This document shows positions 8,201-12,581 of a stretch of DNA of 12,581 bases, piece by piece. The notes beneath the pieces were generated by a model. It worked only from the letters and a program-made list of their open reading frames with translations. It did not search any database and had not been told where the DNA came from. The first letter of the stretch is position 1. Each line of letters starts with the position of its first letter. The DNA comes from Clostridia bacterium (GTDB lineage Bacteria > Bacillota > Clostridia > TANB77 > RGIG9151): NCBI GenBank assembly GCA_016287855.1, contig JAEEXS010000044.1, forward strand, positions 1 through 12,581. Direction: 5' to 3'. A program made the translations under genes and the position numbers.

Positions 8201-8230
8201 TAGTAATTAGCCTCCTTTGTGTAATGTTAC

Positions 8231-8259
8231 TATTTTTAACAAAAACTTATAAAATATAC
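8231..8259 (-). promoter_or_regulatory. Candidate forespore (sigma-F/sigma-G-type) promoter upstream of ypeB
   Basis: The minus strand reads GTATA (8259-8255), a 17-nt spacer, then AAAAATA (8237-8231). Compare sigma-G-type GHATR-N17/18-CAHWHTA: the -35 matches and the -10 matches 6 of 7. It lies about 30 nt upstream of the ypeB ATG. This is a pattern match only. Confidence 0.3.
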
Positions 8260-8372
8260 ACTTTTTATATTGTGCTTTACTATACTTTTGTGATAGTATT
8301 CAAAGGATGGGACAAAGTAAGTAGTGATTTAAATTTTTTGTACCAAATTTATCATTAAAAGGAGAGGATTAG

Positions 8373-8999
8373 ATGGAACCAATTGTATTAACACATCCAT
8401 TGGTTAAACACAAACTTGCAATTTTAAGAGACAAGAATTCAGGAACAAAAGAATTTAGAGAAATCGCTGCAGAGCTTGCAACAATGCTTTGCTATGAAGC
8501 TACGAAAGACGCACCGTTATATGATACGGAAATAGAAACACCTATTGCCAAAATGAAAGCTCAAAAATTAGATGAAGATAATTATGCATTTTTACCAATC
8601 CTAAGAGCTGGAATGAGCATGGTTGAAGGAATACTAAATATTATACCTAACGCAAAGGTAGGGCATATCGGGTTATTTAGAAATGAGGAAACGTTAGAGC
8701 CAACTCAATATTATTTTAAGGTGCCCCACGGGATAGAAAATAGAACGGTAATCATATTAGATCCAATGATTGCAACTGGCGGAAGTGCTTGCGATGCAAT
8801 CCAGAGCTTAAAGAATATTGGAGTTAAAAAGATTAAATTTTTAGCACTTATTGCAGTCCCAGAAGGGCTAGAAAGAATACAAAAAGAACATCCGGACGTT
8901 CAAATTTATTGTACAAGTATAGATAGTCACTTAAATGAAAAAGGATATATTGTTCCTGGCTTAGGAGATGCTGGGGATAGAATATATGGAACAAAATAA
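8373..8999 (+). CDS. upp: Uracil phosphoribosyltransferase (208 aa)
   Basis: HPLVKHKL..LRDK, ILRAG, the PRPP-binding loop ILDPMIATGGS, and C-terminal YIVPGLGDAGDR are all canonical Upp motifs. SD AAGGAGAGGA lies upstream. Confidence 0.95.
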   Translation: MEPIVLTHPLVKHKLAILRDKNSGTKEFREIAAELATMLCYEATKDAPLYDTEIETPIAKMKAQKLDEDNYAFLPILRAGMSMVEGILNIIPNAKVGHIGLFRNEETLEPTQYYFKVPHGIENRTVIILDPMIATGGSACDAIQSLKNIGVKKIKFLALIAVPEGLERIQKEHPDVQIYCTSIDSHLNEKGYIVPGLGDAGDRIYGTK

Positions 9000-9022
9000 A
9001 TTTTTAGAGAGGAGTTTTTAGT

Positions 9023-9757
9023 ATGAAGTATAAAAGAGTTTTGCTTAAATTAAGTGGAGGAGCTTTATCTAAAGACGAAAGGCATGGCTATACAAAAGAA
9101 GCCTTAGACCATATTACTAACGAAATTATTACCGCTGCAAATGCTGGAGTTGAAGTAGCTATTGTAACAGGCGGTGGAAATATATTCAGAGGAAGAGTTG
9201 CAGATGATTGGAACTTTGAAAGAGCAGAAGCAGATAATATTGGAATGCTTGCAACAATAATGAATAGCTTGATGTTAAGAGGGGCATTAACTGCTAAAGG
9301 TGTAGAAAACGTAAGAGTTATGACTGCTATCCCTATGAATACAGTAGCAGAACCATATATAAGACTTAAAGCATTAAAGTATCTAGATAGAGGAAGAATA
9401 GTTATTTTTGGTGGTGGTACAGGTAACCCATTTGTTACAACAGACTATACTTCTATCCAAAAAGCGCTAGAAATTAGAGCTGACGTAGTACTTATGGCTA
9501 AACAAGGAGTTAATGGAATATATACGGCTAATCCAAAAGACGACCCTAATGCAAAAAGATATAAATCTGCTACATATGAAGAAGTTATTGCAAAAAAACT
9601 TCAAGTTGCAGACCAGTCAGCGTTTATTTTAGCTAGTGAATACAAAATGCCAATGTACGTATTTGATTTTGATGAAAAGAATTCCATAATGAGACTTTGC
9701 GAAGGTGAAAATATTGGTACATATGTTGGAGAAGATTGCCAAACAGAGATGTATTAA
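9023..9757 (+). CDS. pyrH: UMP kinase family protein (PyrH-like, divergent; 244 aa)
   Basis: Amino-acid-kinase fold motifs: YKRVLLKLSGGAL, VAIVTGGGNIFRG, ADNIGMLATIMN, GGGTGNPFVTTD, NGIYTANPKDDPNAKRY. It departs from the usual KLSGEAL and MDRATADYMGML signatures. The symbol is tentative. Confidence 0.8.
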   Translation: MKYKRVLLKLSGGALSKDERHGYTKEALDHITNEIITAANAGVEVAIVTGGGNIFRGRVADDWNFERAEADNIGMLATIMNSLMLRGALTAKGVENVRVMTAIPMNTVAEPYIRLKALKYLDRGRIVIFGGGTGNPFVTTDYTSIQKALEIRADVVLMAKQGVNGIYTANPKDDPNAKRYKSATYEEVIAKKLQVADQSAFILASEYKMPMYVFDFDEKNSIMRLCEGENIGTYVGEDCQTEMY

Positions 9758-9769
9758 GGAGGTTGAAAA

Positions 9770-10255
9770 ATGGTTAAAAAAAGAGAAAATTATTTAACAT
9801 GGGATAACTATTTTATGGCTATAGCAAAATTATCTGCTATGCGTAGTAAAGACCCTTCTACTCAAGTTGGTGCTTGCATAGTAAGCCCAGATAATAGGAT
9901 TTTATCTATGGGATATAACGGAGCCCCAAATGGTCTTAATGATGATGATTTCCCTTGGGCAAGAGAAGGCGCCCCCCTTGATACTAAGTACCTTTATGTT
10001 TGCCATGGAGAAATGAATGCAGTTATGAATTATAGAGGAAACAAAAGAGATTTAGAAGGTGCAAAAATATATGTTGATTTATTCCCTTGTAATGAGTGTG
10101 CAAAGATAATTATTCAAGCAGGAATAAAAGAAGTTATATACCTTAGTGATAAATATGCAGACAAAGATATTTTTATCGCATCCAAGAGACTTTTTGATGC
10201 TTGCGGTGTTAAGTATAGGCATTTAGAAGGCTTTGAAGAGATAAATATTAAGTAA
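9770..10255 (+). CDS. comEB: Deoxycytidylate (dCMP) deaminase, ComEB type (161 aa)
   Basis: Zinc-dependent cytidine/deoxycytidylate deaminase motifs HGEMNAV and PCNECAKII, with an N-terminal [19 protein letters not shown] typical of dCMP deaminases. Confidence 0.9.
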   Translation: MVKKRENYLTWDNYFMAIAKLSAMRSKDPSTQVGACIVSPDNRILSMGYNGAPNGLNDDDFPWAREGAPLDTKYLYVCHGEMNAVMNYRGNKRDLEGAKIYVDLFPCNECAKIIIQAGIKEVIYLSDKYADKDIFIASKRLFDACGVKYRHLEGFEEINIK

Positions 10256-10261
10256 AGATAT

Positions 10262-10303
10262 TCCTCAATCATTAAAAAAAATGATGATTGAGGATATTTT
10301 TTT
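10262..10303 (+). terminator. Intrinsic terminator ending the upp-pyrH-comEB operon
   Basis: TCCTCAATCAT (10262-10272) pairs perfectly with ATGATTGAGGA (10284-10294), followed by TATTTTTTT (10295-10303). Confidence 0.85.
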
Positions 10304-10408
10304 ATTAAAATATGCAAAAACACTAAACAAAAAAGAGTATTGTGCCGATACACTGAAAGTATAAGGAGTTTAGTATAAAAATACTAAAAATTAAAGGAGG
10401 AAATTTTT

Positions 10409-10618
10409 ATGAAGAAAAACATGTTAAAAAAAGGCGGAGTAGCTGATATCGTTACTCTTATAATTATCGTAGGATTAGTTGTAGCGTTAATCATTGCAGT
10501 AGTTCTTCCTATGGTAACTAGCGTTAGAGAAAGAGAAGATACAACAGATGAAAACCTTGGAAAAGTAGATAATTATATTAGTGGCATGGCAGGCACAGAC
10601 TATTCATATTCACATTAG
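10409..10618 (+). CDS. Small pilin-like protein 1 (69 aa), K-G-G leader plus one hydrophobic helix
   Basis: MKKNMLKKGGVADIVTLIIIVGLVVALIIAVVLPM..., with SD AAAGGAGG 8 nt upstream. It has a short basic leader ending in GG, then a roughly 22-residue hydrophobic helix and a polar tail. This is the size and architecture of Flp-type or archaeal class-III-signal pilins. Confidence 0.6.
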   Translation: MKKNMLKKGGVADIVTLIIIVGLVVALIIAVVLPMVTSVREREDTTDENLGKVDNYISGMAGTDYSYSH

Positions 10619-10656
10619 TCTTTAGTGTGATTTAATTCGTATTGAGGGTGAATGAT

Positions 10657-10830
10657 ATGAAAAAATTAAAAGGTGGAATAGAGAGTATAGTTGCTGTTGT
10701 TATTTTAGTAGGCATAGTTGTTGCTCTGATTATAGCCGTAATTTTGCCTATGACTAGCAAAACACGGGAGATGGCTGATGGAGGAACAGAGAGAATGTCT
10801 GAATTAACAAAAGAGATGAAAGGCGAGTAA
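10657..10830 (+). CDS. Small pilin-like protein 2 (57 aa)
   Basis: MKKLKGGIESIVAVVILVGIVVALIIAVILPMTSKTREMADGGTERMSELTKEMKGE. I prefer the ATG at 10657 (SD GAGGGTG 6 nt upstream) to the TTG at 10642 in the track. It shares the invariant G-x-VVAL-x-IAV-xx-PM core with proteins 1 and 3. Confidence 0.62.
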   Translation: MKKLKGGIESIVAVVILVGIVVALIIAVILPMTSKTREMADGGTERMSELTKEMKGE

Positions 10831-10840
10831 GGGTGATTAT

Positions 10841-11017
10841 ATGCTAAATAAATTAAAAGGTGGCTTAGAAACCGTAATAGCCATAGTTATAGTTGCTGGT
10901 TTAGTAGTTGCACTTCTTATAGCCGTGGTTATTCCTATGTCTCAACAAGGAGATGAACTTATTGGGGCAACTACAGACAGTTTAACTCAGCAACAAACAA
11001 CTATAGGGCCACAATAA
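10841..11017 (+). CDS. Small pilin-like protein 3 (58 aa), not present in the supplied ORF track
   Basis: Hand translation: MLNKLKGGLETVIAIVIVAGLVVALLIAVVIPMSQQGDELIGATTDSLTQQQTTIGPQ, with TAA at 11015-11017. SD AAGGGTGA overlaps the stop of gene 2. A 14-nt stretch, AAATTAAAAGGTGG (10850-10863), is identical to 10663-10676 in gene 2 and encodes KLKGG. Confidence 0.6.
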   Translation: MLNKLKGGLETVIAIVIVAGLVVALLIAVVIPMSQQGDELIGATTDSLTQQQTTIGPQ

Positions 11018-11033
11018 TTAAGAAGTTGATTAG

Positions 11034-11084
11034 GTTTGAAGAATAATTGGGTATATAGCTCAATTATTTTTCAAACTGTTTTGC
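11034..11084 (+). terminator. Long hairpin (terminator or attenuator) between the small pilin genes and the larger downstream genes
   Basis: GTTTGAAGAATAATTG (11034-11049) pairs along all 16 positions (one G-U) with CAATTATTTTTCAAAC (11061-11076). It is followed by TGTTTTGCGTATTT, a T-rich but interrupted tract. Confidence 0.55.
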
Positions 11085-11110
11085 GTATTTAAGGAAGGAA
11101 TGTGATTAAA

Positions 11111-11626
11111 ATGAAGAAAGAGGCATCATTAAAGCTAAAAAAGGGCGGACTTGATACTATAGTTGCGTATATAGTTGTAATGTTACCTCTTTTTTATGTG
11201 CTTGTATATATGATTGCAACTATATATCATTTTTCTGTACAACAATATATGAATCAGGTAGTAAAAGAAGCTTGTGTCATGGCGAGTACATACGGTGCAA
11301 TAACTGAAGGACATGAAAATTATATTTATTCTAAATTAGCAAAAGCGCTAGATGATGATAAAGATGGTAAGGCAGATGTTACTATAACTTATTATAGGCG
11401 ACCATTTGATGAGTCAACGGGTGTAGTAGGAAATATTAGTGATGGAAGTTCAGCAAGACCCGGTGTAAATAAAGGCGATATAATAGGAATATATGTACAA
11501 TCGAAAAAACCGTCATTACTAGGTACAGTGGGGAATTTTAATGTTTTTATGTTTGGACGAGGAAATGATAACTTGTTAAAATATACTGCTTATAGAGAGG
11601 AGATTATTCGAAATGAACATCCATAA
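11111..11626 (+). CDS. TadE-like / minor-pilin-like protein carrying the same K-G-G leader (172 aa from the ATG at 11111)
   Basis: MKKEASLKLKKGGLDTIVAYIVVMLPLFYVLVYMIATIYHF..., followed by a soluble domain of about 120 aa. SD AAGGAAGGA (11091-11099) is better spaced for the ATG at 11111 than for the GTG at 11102 in the track. The architecture (leader, TM helix, small globular domain) resembles TadE-family pseudopilins. Confidence 0.5.
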   Translation: MKKEASLKLKKGGLDTIVAYIVVMLPLFYVLVYMIATIYHFSVQQYMNQVVKEACVMASTYGAITEGHENYIYSKLAKALDDDKDGKADVTITYYRRPFDESTGVVGNISDGSSARPGVNKGDIIGIYVQSKKPSLLGTVGNFNVFMFGRGNDNLLKYTAYREEIIRNEHP

Positions 11627-12581
11627 TAATCTCGGTAAGCATATTTCTAATAATAGTGGTAGTGGGATAGGTGTAATCTTATATGGTATGACGTTATTAC
11701 TCATACTTATTTTTACTGCTGTAAATATTGTAAATTCTAAAACAATTGAAAGTGGGTATAATTCTTTAAGAGATGCAGTCTATTCTGCTTCGACTGGTTC
11801 AGTTATCCACTTACTTACATCAAATCGTAGCACTACTAGTGCTCAAAATAGCATAATAAGTAATGCAAATTATGATGTATATCTGCAACTTGCTTTAGGG
11901 TATTTGATAAACAGAAATCCTACATCCTCAAGTAGTGATAGATATGTGCAAAATGGTGAATTAAATAATTTTATAAAATTAGATCACCAAAAAGTAGTAA
12001 ATTCTACAATGGCATTATTTGCTGATGCTGTTTTTAGAAATCGTGGTGGCAATCACTATGAAACAATAAGTGATACTAATAAATATAAAATATTGATGTT
12101 TTTTATAGAACCTTATGCTGATGCAGGTAATCAAAAATATTTTGATATAATTTGTTATAGCAATAATGGTTGGAATGGCAATGTTACTGCAGAATATGCG
12201 CGAAGTGCAGTTAAACTTGACGCTGGAAATATGAGATCTGTTTATAATGGTGTACAGGGGCAGATTAATAGTATCGTTAATGGCTTTTGCGATGATGGAA
12301 GAAGTTATAATATAAATATAAATGCGAATGGAAGCGACTTGGCAGGGAAAGTAAGAGAAATGGAAACGTATCCACATTATCTTATAGTAGTAAAAGATTT
12401 TGCCTTGCCTACGATTTTTGATGGAGTAGATACTAACGATAGAGAAAGAGCTGGAATAAGAAGTATCTTTACCTCTCTTTCAGGAGATGGAAAGCTTCAT
12501 ACACCTATGTGTGCGTTAAATACAGGTAAAGTTCAACGTCAAACAGAAGATAAAGGGTGGAAGCAAGAGAGATGGTATACT
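11613..12581 (+). CDS. TadG-like / Flp-pilus-assembly-like protein, 3' end outside the window (323 codons seen); not in the ORF track
   Basis: Open frame from the ATG at 11613 (SD AGAGAGGAG upstream) to the window end, overlapping the previous gene by 14 nt. The N terminus is MNIHNNLGKHISNNSGSGIGVILYGMTLLLILIFTAVNIVNSKTIESGYNSLRDAVYSAS. A Gly-rich stretch, a hydrophobic helix, then L..A..sA about 15 residues later echo the TadE/G-like N-terminal domain. Confidence 0.45.
   Translation, partial: MNIHNNLGKHISNNSGSGIGVILYGMTLLLILIFTAVNIVNSKTIESGYNSLRDAVYSASTGSVIHLLTSNRSTTSAQNSIISNANYDVYLQLALGYLINRNPTSSSSDRYVQNGELNNFIKLDHQKVVNSTMALFADAVFRNRGGNHYETISDTNKYKILMFFIEPYADAGNQKYFDIICYSNNGWNGNVTAEYARSAVKLDAGNMRSVYNGVQGQINSIVNGFCDDGRSYNININANGSDLAGKVREMETYPHYLIVVKDFALPTIFDGVDTNDRERAGIRSIFTSLSGDGKLHTPMCALNTGKVQRQTEDKGWKQERWYT

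Noticed and set aside
8373-10255. Interpreting the dCMP deaminase / nucleotide kinase cluster as a nucleotide-depletion anti-phage defence system
   Set aside because: The deaminase has the standard housekeeping ComEB/dCMP deaminase length and motifs. It is co-operonic with upp and lacks the extra kinase-like or sensor domains described for defensive dCTP deaminases. The context is core-genome.
10114-10353. Minus-strand ORF of 79 aa overlapping the comEB 3' end and its terminator
   Set aside because: It spans an intrinsic terminator hairpin, is antisense to the dCMP deaminase gene, and has a low-complexity product.
10409-11017. Reading the three small peptides as double-glycine-leader bacteriocin precursors
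   Set aside because: The segment before GG is only 6-9 residues and basic. It is not the 15-25 residue LSxxELxxIxGG type leader. No C39-peptidase ABC exporter or immunity gene is visible. The downstream TadE/TadG-like proteins share the leader, which favours a pilin interpretation. Not fully excluded.
9770-11017. Reading the pilin-like genes as a ComG-type competence pseudopilus because they follow a comEB-type gene
   Set aside because: A strong terminator separates comEB from the pilin genes. ComG pilins carry KG/FTLxE with Glu at +5 and are over 90 aa. The comEB-type gene here sits in a pyrimidine operon, not a comE operon.
12015-12377. Minus-strand ORF of 120 aa
   Set aside because: Antisense to the long open plus-strand frame 11613-12581. 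Its product is Ile/Ser/Asn-rich and low-complexity, with no SD.
1-12581. CRISPR arrays, IS elements or transposases, integrases, tRNA or rRNA genes
   Set aside because: I saw no regularly spaced direct repeats, no long terminal inverted repeats, no DDE or tyrosine/serine recombinase-like ORFs, and no tRNA-like or rRNA-like sequence. The only repeats are paralog-derived (flagellin termini; a 14-nt KLKGG-coding match between pilin genes 2 and 3).

Overview
Low-GC chromosomal segment from a spore-forming, flagellated Firmicute (Clostridia-like). Left to right: (1) the 3' end of one flagellin gene and a complete second flagellin paralog (+). (2) The convergent dnaG-rpoD operon (-). (3) An orphan 77-aa Cys/Trp-rich ORF, about 50% GC, with its own sigma-A promoter and terminator (+). 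(4) A ypeB-spoVAC-spoVAD-spoVAE spore cluster (-). (5) A upp / UMP-kinase-like / dCMP-deaminase pyrimidine operon (+). (6) After a strong terminator comes the most unusual region: three tandem 57-69 aa pilin-like genes sharing a Lys-Gly-Gly leader and a nearly invariant hydrophobic helix. One of them (10841-11017) is missing from the supplied ORF track. They are followed by a long hairpin, a TadE-like protein with the same leader, and an overlapping TadG-like ORF that runs off the window end (also missing from the track). I read this as the pilin end of an atypical Tad/Flp-like (type IV filament) locus whose leader motif matches neither the classical Flp (G/xxxxEY) nor the ComG/type IVa (G/FTLxE) signature. 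No rRNA, tRNA, CRISPR array or transposase is visible. All family assignments rest on motif recognition by eye, not on searches.
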